Positions 1-11,218 of a stretch of 64,000 nucleotides of DNA are shown here, one piece after another. The notes under the pieces are model-generated. The model was not told the DNA's origin. It worked only from the letters and a program-made list of their open reading frames with translations, and did not search any database. Every line of letters begins with the position of its first letter. The stretch's first letter is position 1. The translations under genes were made by a program, and so were the position numbers. Origin of the DNA: Porphyridium purpureum (lineage: Eukaryota); contig VRMN01000011.1 of the NCBI GenBank assembly GCA_008690995.1, positions 434,001 through 498,000 on the forward strand, given 5' to 3'.

Positions 1-207
1 TGCGTCTGGACGGGTCGCAGACAACTGGACTGTCTGCGCGGTGTTCTGTTCAGTTGAGCAAGAGTTCGAGCTGTACCGCGCGCGATCGAGCGTCAGAGAG
101 CGTACTCTGCGCAGGTTCTGTGCGTGCACGCGTTGGCGGCAGCCAGGTGTCCATGAGCTGCCGGGTGCACGGCACGTCTTCTGAAGCGTGGGACGCACGC
201 GTGCGGC

Positions 208-1935
208 GTGCTTCAGCGGTTCTCGCCGCCGCCGCCGCCGCCGGCGGTGGTTACGGAACACGCCCCGTTCTATCATGGTCAATCGGACGAGCAGGGCTGG
301 GAGACCTTCGAGAGCGCGTTCAGAAACGACTTTTCGGCAAACCCGAGCAGTCTGGACGCGGTAGTAGGAGACTTCGGGTTCTCTTCTTCGGGATCTCTCG
401 CAGTAAAGTTGATTAATGGGGCGCGCTCCAACACAGCAGAGTCTTACGAGTTTATAACGTCGTCCTCATCCTCTGCAAAGCTTCCGTTGCTCGCCCAAGT
501 ATTGACAGCCATCCATTTACGTTGATATACACGACATGTGCAGCTGCTCGGTCCCGCTACCTAGACTCAGCTCTTTGTCCATTTCTTCTACAGGAACTAC
601 GGATCAGCCTTCAAGCAAATGCCTCGCTTGATCCTCTTCGCGATTCCGATGCCGAAGCTACGGAACACTTGGCGCAAGACCACGTACATTTCCATGAAAC
701 AGGAGCGAGTGGTTGCTTCTGTTCGAACCGCCAAGGATGACTTTGCTGGGTAGGCGACTTCAATACAAAGATTCGAGTTGTTGGCATGGATAGGTGCTGA
801 GCTGGGGATACATGGCACCGTTGTTCATACGTGCGATGCGCAAGGCACGCCCCGTATGCTCGCGAATGTTTTTGGCATGCTCCCAACAATCCAGACAGGT
901 TCATCACAATATTGCGCGCCGCGCCGCTGGCTACACCTTCGAAGCAATCGAATGAAGGAAAGCACCTGGCTTGTAGTCTTTCTCTCTTTTCCTCTGCGCA
1001 CAGTAAAGGCCATTAAAGTTCGCATGCTCGCGCTGCGCACGTCTGACGTTTCATGACAGCTATCGCATGGGCATGATGTAATTGAGCAGCTCCCGGCGCA
1101 TGCAAAAGACGCAAATCTTGTGTGACGAGTGGCATTTCTTCGGACCGCGTCAGATGAAAGATTGAGCGGCGGAGTTTTCGCGCCAAGCCTCGGACCATCA
1201 ACCAGAATCGCGCTCCGTGACTACATCATCTATTCCAGACCCATGCCGAGTCCCAGAGCTGCTTCATATGAACATTGAGCTGTAAGCCCTTGCGCGCACT
1301 CTCATTACGCCCGGTCTGGTTCTCATCCGTTCCACCTGTGACCGCAATGTCCCGTGTTAAAAGTCATGCGCTTGCCGCTTCTTGATGTTCAACGTCACGC
1401 CACCGACGCCTACTTGCAAAGTCACAACTCTGCTCGCCCAATCATTGTCGCCTTTTCATTCCTTCATCGCGGTGTCTAAACGTGGATGATGCGTAAATGA
1501 CATGTACATATGGTTTTGTACAACAGACCTCCCCGAAAATGCAAGCAAGAGAGTGCAGCGTACGCGTCCAAGTTGCCGAGCTTGCTTCGCACTCGTGTCA
1601 CTTTCATTGATCCAAAACGCCCACACTTCAGCCAGCCACTACCATTTCAATTCATACGAGCACAGCCATGAGCGCCGAATCAAGTTCCTTGTGCCAGGCT
1701 TCAAGCGGACCGCTTCCGGCGCTCGAATCATCCCAGTGACTTCTCGGCCTTGCGAAAGATTCTGCCAAGGAGAAGCCTGTCAAGCTGCTTCGAAATTATC
1801 TAGCAATCGAAGCAGACATTCTGAATTCCTCGCATGACTCCTCTCGAGCAAAAGCCCCGCTAGCTGGGAAGAGGGGCGATAGGCACATCGTCAAAGCCAA
1901 GCCCAGTTGCTGCGCTTTGCAGACGATCTTTCGGT
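208..1935 (+). mobile_element. Possible degenerate Ty1/copia LTR-retrotransposon relic (gag / pre-integrase / integrase fragments)
   Basis: Frame-broken fragments occur in copia order: gag-like FYHGQSDEQGWETFESAF (~265-320), knuckle-like CSYVRCARHAPYAREC (~820-870), pre-integrase-like HSHERRIKFL...CQGEACQAASK (~1660-1795) and integrase-like PLAGKRGDRHIV/LLRFADDLS (~1857-1933). There are many stops and frameshifts, and no LTR or PBS was seen. Confidence 0.35.
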
Positions 1936-2425
1936 CTTTCCGAGATCTCGTTTGTACTTGCTCACCACTCTCAGCGTAAGTGCCTCGAGGTCAACGAGCT
2001 GAATCATGTCAATCAAGTGCGCACTGCAGAAGACCACGATGATGTCTATGACAATGGCAGGAGGATGAGGGAAAGGGTCATGCCGTGTGGCAGCATGCTG
2101 GCTTGTGCAGTGGTAATTAAACGGTCAAACGGTCCAATGGTCAGAGATACGGTCACATGCTTTGATGCTTTCGACAAGGGGAAAAGAAAATTGCACCAGA
2201 TCCGTACGACGTGCGGGTCGTCTCAAGTCGTTTGTTCAAGACTTTAACGGTTAACCCGGCACGAATCTCTGTCAAGAAACGGGTACGGATGCCCAAACAT
2301 GGATGAAAGTAGCCGCGAGATCGAGTCCGAGATTCATCTCACGCTCCAAAATTGGGACCGTCAAGTGCTGGTGGTCAGGCAGACGGTATGAGCTTTTACG
2401 AATACAAGATTATCACCTCATATGG

Positions 2426-3247
2426 TCAGTTGCCTCCCATTTCCTTGGCTCTGGTGGTCGCAGCAGAAACGGCGTTCATGACTGTGCCGCGGAACTGGCC
2501 TTGCTCGAGCGCGTTAGTTCCGGCAATGGTAGTGCCACCAGGCGACTCGACACGGTTGCGCAACTCGCCGACGTGAGTGTCTGGGTTTTCTAGCACCATT
2601 TTAGCAGTTCCGTACACGACTTGCGCGGCCAGCGCGCGCGCTGTGTCCCGCGGCAGGCCGTTGAGCACGCCACCATCAGCAAGCGCCTCGATAAACATGT
2701 ACACATATGCCGGTCCGCTCCCGCTGACGCCCGTCACGGCGTCCAGCAGCTTTTCGGGCACTGCGCGGGCAAGCCCGACGCTGGCAAAGATCCTGTCGAC
2801 AGTCTGTGAGTCCTGTTGGGACGCCTTTGCACCAAGCGCATAGCCCGCGGCGGTGGCGCCCACGAGGCAAGGCGTGTTGGGCATGACGCGCACCACGCGG
2901 GTCTTCGGACCCACGAATGACTCGAGCGAGCTGAGTGTGACACCCGCGCAGATCGAGATGATCAGATGCGCCTTGTCGGTGCTGCGCGTGGGCTCAAGCG
3001 CGGTGGCGGCCGTGTCTGGCTTGACGGCAAGCACCACGATGTCCGTGTGCCGAAGCACCTCCTCGCCATCGAACGTGGCATTCAATCCCAGCGCACCCAT
3101 GACATCCAGCCTTGGCTGGCTGACGTCGCTCACCCAGCACTGCGCCGGGTCGATCATGTCCTTATTCAGCAGCCCACGCACCAGCGCCTCGGCCATCATT
3201 CCTCCGCCCAAGAAGCCCATCCTCAGGCCATCTGACTTGTCACCCAT
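2426..3247 (-). CDS. proC: Pyrroline-5-carboxylate reductase (273 aa from first ATG)
   Basis: Rossmann motif GFLGGGMMAEAL, plus LAVKP, RVMPNTP, TGVSGSGPAY and VESPGGTTIAG signatures. Confidence 0.97.
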   Translation of the reverse strand: MGDKSDGLRMGFLGGGMMAEALVRGLLNKDMIDPAQCWVSDVSQPRLDVMGALGLNATFDGEEVLRHTDIVVLAVKPDTAATALEPTRSTDKAHLIISICAGVTLSSLESFVGPKTRVVRVMPNTPCLVGATAAGYALGAKASQQDSQTVDRIFASVGLARAVPEKLLDAVTGVSGSGPAYVYMFIEALADGGVLNGLPRDTARALAAQVVYGTAKMVLENPDTHVGELRNRVESPGGTTIAGTNALEQGQFRGTVMNAVSAATTRAKEMGGN

Positions 3248-3276
3248 TGTCTCTCTTCCACCACGCCCACGATCTA

Positions 3277-3313
3277 CAGCAACAGCAACAACAACAACAA
3301 CAACAACAACAAC
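3277..3313. repeat. (CAA/CAG)n microsatellite upstream of proC
   Basis: Direct reading: cagcaacagcaacaacaacaacaa... Confidence 0.9.
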
Positions 3314-3919
3314 ACCCACTCACCGTGCAACGCCAAACGCACGACACTCGCACACCGCGTCCCGTCCAACTCGATCTCGTCGTGCTCTTATCCACTTCCT
3401 TCCCTCCCTTCCACCTCACCTCCTCCCCGCCGCGCGCGTCCCACACACACAAACTATCCGCCAGCTGAACACCCCCGCGCTCGCTCACGGATATTCACGT
3501 GTACACCCGCACTGTACTCGTGCCCCTTTCCGGTGCGTCGCAAGATGGCCGGCGCCGCGCCGCTGCAAATTCACGCAAATTCACACACGCACCGCGGGGT
3601 GCCATAAAAGTCCCCTTGCGTGGTGTCCTTCCGATCATTGCCAGGCGGCCGATTTTTTTTGGGGAGTAAACTGCACACTGGTGTTCGGGATGATAAGCCA
3701 CATCACACAAAGACGGGCGCGCACAAATAGGAAAACGAATGGGTCGGAGAGAAAGAGAGACCGATTTTGAGTTTGGGGATTATGGAGAGAAAGGGCGTGG
3801 ATTCCTGACAATCGGATTCGAGGGGATGAGCGAGATGTAGGAAAGATTGGAGGGGCTTCGGTGGGGTTGGGGTGGGGTGGGGAGGGTGGGGGCGAGAGAG
3901 GGACGTTGGTAGGGGCAGG

Positions 3920-5005
3920 ATGGCGGCGGCCGCGGGGGTAGTTGCGGGTATGCGGTGCAGTGGCGTCAGGTTTGGCGCGGTTGTCGCGGTTGTGACGGTG
4001 GTGGTGGTGGGTTTGGCCGCCGGTGTGCGCGCGCAGATGTGTCCGTCTGGGGAGTTGCTGCAGACGTACGTCGTGTCGGATTGGGGAACGGCGTCGACGC
4101 CGGTCGCAAACTGCAATGCCGTGTATCTCACCACCATAAGGGACCAGAGCCAGGTTGACGGAGTGAACCCGACTTGGCCGCCGTCGGGCTGGCAAGATCC
4201 GAGCTACAACGACGCGGCGTGGGGCGCCGGTGTCGCGCCGTTTGCCGACGCGTCCTCAATCAACAACTTTTGCCAGACTGAATTTCAGTCGGCGATTCCG
4301 GGCGGTCCGTCAAACATAGGGGTGTCGAAAACGAATTGGGAAGAGGACCCCGTCGGTGGTGGGTCTCCTGTCCAGAGCTTTATTGCGGTTCGCTTCAAGT
4401 TTTATTTGGCCCCAAGCCTCTTTTTCAGAGTGGAGAATTTCAAAGTCTCCTTCATTGTTGAGACGGAAGTGCTGCAACTTTACGTGAATGGTGAAAGCCA
4501 GAGCTTTACCTTCCCAGGGCGTGGCGGCAGCTGCAGCGACAGGGTTGCACCAATCGAATTCACTCTCAGCTCATCCGACCTGGTACCAGAGGACAACGTA
4601 CTGGCAATTTTGGCGGAGCAGCGTCGCCAAGGATCAACGCGCACCTCTTATCTCAACTTTCAGACTGCGGTGGAAGTCTGCGCGCTTAGCACCCCGTCGG
4701 ACTTTGCGTGCATGATTACGAATCCAGCCGCGCAGGCGTGCATGGTTCCGTGCACCATGGGATCTGCGGGCTACACGGGAGCTGGAAATCAGTGCGAACT
4801 GTCGACCTGCAACCTTGACGGTCTGGTTGCGGACCCAGTCGGAAACTGCAATTGCGAGGTTGCCAGTCAGACGGTATGTCCTGCGGTTTCTCCGATGACA
4901 GTGGCGAACACTTGCTACCTGAAAGAAACGAGGGATGTCGTTCGACTCAATTCGTGCAGTGCTATCTCGGGCGGAGCAGGTGAAACTTGCAGAGCACCGG
5001 CGTAA
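3920..5005 (+). CDS. Secreted Cys-rich protein with a galactose-binding/jelly-roll-like domain (paralog 1)
   Basis: Hydrophobic signal peptide ending VRA|Q, then PPSGWQDPSYNDAAWGAGVAPF, VRFKFYL, LYVNG and DNVLAI motifs and a Cys-rich C-terminus. Colinear with 6260..7294. Confidence 0.75.
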   Translation: MAAAAGVVAGMRCSGVRFGAVVAVVTVVVVGLAAGVRAQMCPSGELLQTYVVSDWGTASTPVANCNAVYLTTIRDQSQVDGVNPTWPPSGWQDPSYNDAAWGAGVAPFADASSINNFCQTEFQSAIPGGPSNIGVSKTNWEEDPVGGGSPVQSFIAVRFKFYLAPSLFFRVENFKVSFIVETEVLQLYVNGESQSFTFPGRGGSCSDRVAPIEFTLSSSDLVPEDNVLAILAEQRRQGSTRTSYLNFQTAVEVCALSTPSDFACMITNPAAQACMVPCTMGSAGYTGAGNQCELSTCNLDGLVADPVGNCNCEVASQTVCPAVSPMTVANTCYLKETRDVVRLNSCSAISGGAGETCRAPA

Positions 5006-5926
5006 CCTTTTTAGCATACGCCGGTTACACGTCCGCGGACACTCTGTCTCATTTGAAGCCCCAAGTAGGAAAAAAAACAGAAAAGGACGCACGCCTACGA
5101 GCGTTCACTTGCCGCATGTCTATTGAGAGTTTCACGCGGAAGCTCTGCAATGTGTCCTATACATGGTTTACCATTTACGCGCGCGTGCCTGGGGCGACCG
5201 TACGCCTTGTCGGGTCTCAGGCACGCCAAAGCGGTTGGAGAAGCTCAATTCGCACTTCACGCCTCGCAAGGAATATCCTTGTGATTGGCTTTGCCTACCC
5301 AGTCAGTACGACGCTAGAGACCTGAAGCACCGACCGGCCGGCTTCCGATGACTTGCTGGCTGCTCTGCTGCCCAATCTCCCGCAGATCACCACTTGCCTT
5401 CCGGCCATCGCGTTGCGTTCCACATCTCAACCTCCCGCCACTCGGTTGTTTCTCTCCTTCCAGCGCAGCGCATGCAGCCAGTTTGTTGGCCAAGTGGCGC
5501 CCGCCAGACGGATCCGCGGAGAAAAGGACACGTGCAGCAAAACCGCACGATTCCGTCGCTGTCAATTTTTTTTGTTGACAGATTCGTCAGCGGTTGCAGC
5601 CGAACATGACTAGTCTGAACGGTTTCTGTTTGTTTCTGTGGAATTGGGGAGGGACACTTGGAATGTGCAGTTTTCCGAAATGTTGGCAGTCGGAAGTGAT
5701 CATGTTGGCGCGAGCTCAATCTGTGGAACAAAGTTCTGTTGAAACAGCGTTTCATTTGGAGACACGCGGACGCTGTTTGGACCGTGAGTCTGATTCAACG
5801 TGTGCCACGACTCACACGCAGGGTGGTGAACGCGGCTTTGCGGCAGTTTGCCACATTGTGGCACGTGGGCGATTGCGAGGCAAGGAAGAGGAATGCAGGC
5901 GCTATGGCTGTTTCAAAATTCAAGAA

Positions 5927-5948
5927 AGAGAGAGAGAGAGAGAGAGAG
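5927..5948. repeat. (AG)n microsatellite; similar tracts at ~13349-13364, ~41703-41727 and ~58509-58530
   Basis: Direct reading; all lie in upstream or UTR-like regions. Confidence 0.9.
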
Positions 5949-6121
5949 GTATCCCCTGGCCAAACGAGCTTCGCCGTGGCATTGATTGGAAGGCAGTGAA
6001 AGACCAGATTGGGGGTCGAAGAAAGGTGGTTCTCGGCGTTTATGTTGAAGATTCCTTGAAATTTGGACCATGATACGGGGCGAACATCTTTCGATCGAAA
6101 ACTTCGCATCGGCGCGTCGTG

Positions 6122-6128
6122 TATATAA
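6122..6128 (+). promoter_or_regulatory. Candidate TATA box (TATATAA) for paralog 2
   Basis: TATATAAG in a GC-rich context about 130 bp upstream of the ATG at 6260. Confidence 0.5.
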
Positions 6129-6259
6129 GGGCGCGGGAGTCGTGCGTTCTCCCAGAAATCGATGTGCCCAGAGAAGATCATGTGGTCAAAGTCGAGGTTG
6201 AAGTCAAAGTCAAAGAGGAGGTCGAAGTCAAAGTCAAAGCAAACAGCAAGTAGAAGATA

Positions 6260-7294
6260 ATGGAAATGAGATTGGGCAAGGCTGGGGCAAATGGACCCCG
6301 AAACACAAGGCTGTGTTTTCTGCTCGCCGTCGTGCTGATTGGTTGCGGGTTTGGCTCTCTCGTGGCTGCACAGTGTGAGCCAGGTTACACGCTGGTTAAC
6401 TACACAATTGCACAATGGGGCGACGCGACAGTGGATACTACAAATTGCAATCAGGTGTACCTGACGCGACAGTGGAGAAAGAATGAATTAGGCATGACCG
6501 TGAATGGAGTAATGTTTCCACCAACCGGCTGGTACGATCCGAGCTTTGATGACGCATCCTGGGGCGCCGGTGTGCTACCGTTCGCTGGAAACATTGTGTG
6601 TGGAAACCAGCTCATGACTTCCGTCCCTGGGTTTCCGACAATTGGAGTACAGAATACCTACTGGCCGCCAAATAATGATGGAAACCCAAACGACGGTCGC
6701 AACAGTTACCTGGCCGTGCGGCTCAACTTCTATTTATCGCCGAGCCTGTTCTTCCGTGCAGAGACATTATACATGTCGTTCATCGTGGACAATGACCTGA
6801 CCGAAGTTTACGTTAATGGGCTGATGCAAGTGCTCAATGGCGCCCTCGGTCGCGAAAATTGTCCCGCCGTGTCAAGCATTGTGTCGACTGCGCTCGACTC
6901 CTCAGTTCTGGTACCCGAAGAGAACACTATCGCTCTCCTCGCAGAGGATCGTGGCACTCAAAGCTACCTCAATTATCAACTCATGGTGGGTGTGTGTACC
7001 TTGGAGCCTGTAGCAAGCTTTCCGTGCACAAGGATGTGGCAGCCACCGCAGCCGTGCATGACTCCATGTGCTTCGGATCCTTCGGCATGCGAGCTTACGC
7101 CAAGCTGCGCTCTCGATGGCGTCATGGCAGATGAAAACGGAAACTGTCTCTGCGAGCTGGTGGACGATGAGCCCTGCCCGTCGATCGACCCAGCATTCGT
7201 GCCAGGCATTTGTTACCCCAAGCAGGCACGCCAGTCGCTTCGTCTCATTTCATGCGACAGGACCGGAGAGGAAGTCTGTCGAACGGGTGCCTGA
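6260..7294 (+). CDS. Secreted Cys-rich protein with a galactose-binding/jelly-roll-like domain (paralog 2)
   Basis: Signal peptide ending VAA|Q, then PPTGWYDPSFDDASWGAGVLPF, FIVDND, VYVNG, ENTIALLAEDRG and a Cys-rich tail. Confidence 0.78.
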   Translation: MEMRLGKAGANGPRNTRLCFLLAVVLIGCGFGSLVAAQCEPGYTLVNYTIAQWGDATVDTTNCNQVYLTRQWRKNELGMTVNGVMFPPTGWYDPSFDDASWGAGVLPFAGNIVCGNQLMTSVPGFPTIGVQNTYWPPNNDGNPNDGRNSYLAVRLNFYLSPSLFFRAETLYMSFIVDNDLTEVYVNGLMQVLNGALGRENCPAVSSIVSTALDSSVLVPEENTIALLAEDRGTQSYLNYQLMVGVCTLEPVASFPCTRMWQPPQPCMTPCASDPSACELTPSCALDGVMADENGNCLCELVDDEPCPSIDPAFVPGICYPKQARQSLRLISCDRTGEEVCRTGA

Positions 7295-7481
7295 AGCAGA
7301 ATGGAATGAACCAGAAATACCCGATCGAGTTTCTCTTGGATCTAGAGCATAAGACCAATTGTCAAAGTCAAACTTGCTGCTATTGTTTTCTTATCCTTTT
7401 CCTTTGTTCCGCGCAAAGAAGCAACGCATCATAGTCTTTTTCTGCCCTTCCTCCCAAACTTGCACTCACGACTTTGTGCTC

Positions 7482-8702
7482 TCATGACACGGTCGCAGTG
7501 TTCTCCTCCGTGCCCAAGTACGGAATGCGGTATGCAAATGTCAGATAACTTGTATGCCCCTTCATGTCGCGATGCGGGCGGCTGTTCAGCGGCACCGTCG
7601 GATACTCTAGAGGAAGTGCCACGGTGACATCTGTCGTATCGTTTGATACAGCGCGGGAAGCCTCTTTCCCACGCGGCCGCTTGCGCCCTACAGCTGGTAC
7701 GGACATTTCTGGGTCCGCGTGCTCGTCGTCAGATATTGCGGCGTACGCACGTGCCTCATCATGATCGGTCTTCCCGGCGCCTCCAGTGGTGGCATTTGAA
7801 GCAGCCATGGCACAAGTACCACCTCTCCGTATTTGATTGTCGATCCCCAGGTCCGGGACAGGAAAGCGCTCCGCCTCGGTCAAATACTGCCGAGTGGTGT
7901 TTGTGACTGTGCGTACGTCATAAAAGAGGCCTGAGCCTCGAATTTCTTGCAGCGAGAGTTGCACTTGCTCAACGCAAGGGCTAAAGCACGCCAAAGCGCC
8001 ATTGGGTTTCAAGCGGTGTGCTGCCTCGCGAATGACGTTGTTCGGGTCCGGCAAGTCAAGAAACACGGCATCGACTGAATGCTGGACGACGCTCTCTGGG
8101 AAACCTCGAGTCACCACATTACGATGTTCGACCTTGACCACATGATCGAGCTTGAGAAGCTTGATTTCCTGTTGTGCGCTCCTGACGCGCTCCTCGTCGA
8201 CATCGAAGGAGAGCACCGTGCCGTGTGGGGCTACAGTTCTTGCTAGGGCAAATGTCATTGAGCACGAACCCGTGCCTGCCTCGAGGACAACAGAGCCCGC
8301 ATTCAACTCCAAGTGCGCCGTGATGAGCGCAATATCGTGGGAGTAGACCACCTGTGTGCGGTGCTGCAGGGCGACGGTCCACAGTTCGGGCGTGGGCGCC
8401 AGAACATTCACAAAGCAAGCGCCCTTGCCGGCTTTCTCAAACTCGCTCTTCCACCGACGCCCGACCGGCTTACCGATCAGACTACCCAATCTGAATCGCC
8501 CGTACCGGTTTTGCAGCTCGTGCCCAGCGCGCACCACCTCATGCGAAATGTTCGGATACTTCTCGCCCACAATCACGACATCGCCTTCGGCCACGACCGG
8601 GGGATGCCCAACAGTCGCGCGCTCCGATACATCTTCGAGCACCGATTCGGTCACTGCCGCATCCTCGGGCTCGTCGATCTTGGTCCGCAACCGCCGCAGC
8701 AT
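7482..8702 (-). CDS. TRM61: tRNA (adenine58-N1)-methyltransferase catalytic subunit (TRM61/GCD14)
   Basis: PTPELWTVALQHRTQVVY, VLEAGTGS, DAVFLDLPDP, FSPCVEQV and GHTSYLTFA motifs. Confidence 0.95.
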   Translation of the reverse strand: MLRRLRTKIDEPEDAAVTESVLEDVSERATVGHPPVVAEGDVVIVGEKYPNISHEVVRAGHELQNRYGRFRLGSLIGKPVGRRWKSEFEKAGKGACFVNVLAPTPELWTVALQHRTQVVYSHDIALITAHLELNAGSVVLEAGTGSCSMTFALARTVAPHGTVLSFDVDEERVRSAQQEIKLLKLDHVVKVEHRNVVTRGFPESVVQHSVDAVFLDLPDPNNVIREAAHRLKPNGALACFSPCVEQVQLSLQEIRGSGLFYDVRTVTNTTRQYLTEAERFPVPDLGIDNQIRRGGTCAMAASNATTGGAGKTDHDEARAYAAISDDEHADPEMSVPAVGRKRPRGKEASRAVSNDTTDVTVALPLEYPTVPLNSRPHRDMKGHTSYLTFAYRIPYLGTEENTATVS

Positions 8703-8803
8703 CTTTCACTCTGTTGCTCCGTTAGACACTTGCCCACCGATCTGACACTCTTCGTCGAGGTCGATGGATTCGACCGGCGAGTGAGTGAACGAGCGATGCC
8801 ACG

Positions 8804-9493
8804 ATGCTTCTTCGCAAAGTGGCGACTTCCTTGAAGTATGGGACGGGCGCGGCGGCAGTCTACTGGTGGCATCCACTAGCGCGCGGCCCGGGGATGCGTG
8901 GCTACCAAACTGCGGCACCGGGAACGCGCGCGGGAGCAGAGGGCACGAAGGACGGGCCGGTGGATGCGAAGGCACGCGTTCCGCATGCAGCGGAGCTGCG
9001 CACGGAGGAGGTGGGGCGCGTAGAAGGCCGCATCGAGATGCGGAAGGACAAGGTGATGCTCGGACAGAAGACGGTGTTCCAGGCCGAACTCGCTGAATAT
9101 AGAAAGGAGGTGACCAGAAGGCGCGCCCAGTATCTGCAGGAGTTCCGTGATAAGATTGAAAAATCCAAGCGCAGCAAGGAGGAAGTCAGCGAAGAGGCGC
9201 TAGTGCAGTGGATCGTGCAGAAGGAGCAAAAGAAGCGTGTCAAGCGCGAGATGGGGATCCAGCGTGCGAAAATGGAGCAGGAGTCGACCAGAATCCGAAA
9301 AGCTGTCGAACAAGAGACCAAGGATTCCAACCGCGCACACACCTTGCAAAGGCAGGCCGCGAAAAAAATGAATCTGCTCAAAGTGCTCGCTGACGACTCG
9401 GTCAACTGGGTCACCGAACAAAGTTTAGACACCAAGGTGGAAGAGCTGATGGATCGTATTTACGGCACCGCGCCAGACCCGGGCGTAGTATAA
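8804..9493 (+). CDS. Probable mitochondrial ribosomal protein mS26-like (charged helical protein)
   Basis: Basic N-terminal presequence, long coiled-coil EYRKEV...RAQYLQE, and C-terminal WVTEQSLDTKVEELM resembling the mS26 (F/W)IxxENLE motif. Confidence 0.6.
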   Translation: MLLRKVATSLKYGTGAAAVYWWHPLARGPGMRGYQTAAPGTRAGAEGTKDGPVDAKARVPHAAELRTEEVGRVEGRIEMRKDKVMLGQKTVFQAELAEYRKEVTRRRAQYLQEFRDKIEKSKRSKEEVSEEALVQWIVQKEQKKRVKREMGIQRAKMEQESTRIRKAVEQETKDSNRAHTLQRQAAKKMNLLKVLADDSVNWVTEQSLDTKVEELMDRIYGTAPDPGVV

Positions 9494-9883
9494 GACGAAA
9501 AGCACATGCGCGCTGCAATCCTGCCGACAGCTGTCGCTTTTGCGAGCATTCGTGCCGTCGACCTACATAACTAAACACCGGAAATCGATGGAAGTTTATT
9601 CCCTCTATTTGTTTGCTTCTCACTTCTTTATCACACGAGGAAGCACGTACTGTGCTGCCCTCCAAATAAAATCTATCCATCGAGATACATACCACGCGAC
9701 CAAAACCCAAACCTTGAGCCTCTGTTTTTTTTTGTTTTTTTTCTCTCCTGCCGCCGCCGTTACCGGCACAAAACCATCTCACTTTTACAAATGCCAGCTG
9801 TCCGTTCGTGTCACTGCCAGAGACCTCACGATGGGCTTTGACCTAAATCAATGTGCTGTGAATGCCGACTGTGCAGAGCTTCA

Positions 9884-11218
9884 TTACATGTCGTATCCTT
9901 CCTCGTCGTCGCCCACATCGTCCCGCGCAGAGGCTTCTTGGTACTGCTGGTATTCGCTCACCAGATCATTCATATTACTTTCGGCTTCGGAGAACTCCAT
10001 CTCGTCCATCCCTTCGCCGGCGTACCAGTGCAAGAACGCTTTCCTGCGGAACATCAGTGTAAATTGGTCGCCCACGCGCTTGAAGATCTCCTGAATGGCG
10101 GTTGAGTTGCCGATGAACGCGGCGGAGCACTTTTGGCCTTCCGGTGCAATGTCGCACACGGAAGTCTTGATGTTGTTCGGAATCCAATCGACAAAATATG
10201 AAGAGTTCTTGTTCTGCATGTTGAGCATCTGGTCCTCAACTTCTTTGGTTGAAACCTTCCCACGGAAGTACGCCGCGGCAGTCAGGTAGCGCCCGTGGCG
10301 CGGATCGCACGCAGCCATCATATTGCCCGAGTCAAACATTTGCTGCGTGAGCTCGTGCACGTTGGACGCGCGGTATTCCTGCGAGCCTACTGACGTGAGC
10401 GGCGCATAGCCAATCATGAAAAAGTGCAGGCGCGGGAATGGAATCAGGTTGACTGCGAGCTTGCGTAGGTCCGCATTCAGCTGACCTGGGAAGCGCAGCG
10501 AGCATGTGATGCCCGACATCACTCCGGCGACCAGCTTGTTCAGATCAGAGTACGATGGGTTCGCCAGCTTGAGCGTCTTGTTGCAGATGTCGTACAGCGC
10601 TTCGTTGTCAATGGCAAAGACGGCGTCCGCGTTCTCAACCAGTTGGTGGATGGCGAGCGTGGCGTTGTACGGCTCGACCACAGTGTCTGATACCTTGGGT
10701 GACGGCATGACCGAGTATGTGCACATCATGCGATCTGGGAACTCCTCGCGGATCTTGGACACGAGCAAAGTTCCCATGCCGGAACCGGTTCCTCCACCCA
10801 GAGAGTGCGAGATCTGGAAGCCCTGAAGGCAGTCGCAGTTTTCGGCCTCGCGGCGAACCACGTCAAGCACTTGGTCGATCAGCTCAGCACCCTCCGTGTA
10901 ATGACCCTTGGCCCAGTTATTTCCAGCGCCAGACTGGCCGTGGACAAAGTTGTCCGGGCGATACAGCTGACCAAACTTTGAGCTTCGGATCGTTTCCACG
11001 ACTCCGGGCTCCAAATCCATCATGACTGCGCGCGGCACGTAGCGCCCGCCTTCGGCCTCGTTGTAGTACACATTTGCGCGCTCCAACTGCTGCACACGGT
11101 CACTCCCCACAAACTTGCCGGACGGATCAATCCCGTGTTCTGCAGAGATGGTCTCCCAAAACATCGACCCGATCTGGTTGCCGCACTGCCCGGCCTGGAT
11201 ATGGACAATCTCCCTCAT
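9884..11218 (-). CDS. TUB: Beta-tubulin
   Basis: [38 protein letters not shown] and an acidic tail; intronless. Confidence 0.99.
   Translation of the reverse strand: MREIVHIQAGQCGNQIGSMFWETISAEHGIDPSGKFVGSDRVQQLERANVYYNEAEGGRYVPRAVMMDLEPGVVETIRSSKFGQLYRPDNFVHGQSGAGNNWAKGHYTEGAELIDQVLDVVRREAENCDCLQGFQISHSLGGGTGSGMGTLLVSKIREEFPDRMMCTYSVMPSPKVSDTVVEPYNATLAIHQLVENADAVFAIDNEALYDICNKTLKLANPSYSDLNKLVAGVMSGITCSLRFPGQLNADLRKLAVNLIPFPRLHFFMIGYAPLTSVGSQEYRASNVHELTQQMFDSGNMMAACDPRHGRYLTAAAYFRGKVSTKEVEDQMLNMQNKNSSYFVDWIPNNIKTSVCDIAPEGQKCSAAFIGNSTAIQEIFKRVGDQFTLMFRRKAFLHWYAGEGMDEMEFSEAESNMNDLVSEYQQYQEASARDDVGDDEEGYDM

Noticed and set aside
6185..6240. GTCAAA/GTCGAG hexamer repeats as a CRISPR-like or iteron array
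   Set aside because: Degenerate simple repeat in a probable 5'UTR, with no spacers or cas genes, in a eukaryotic context.
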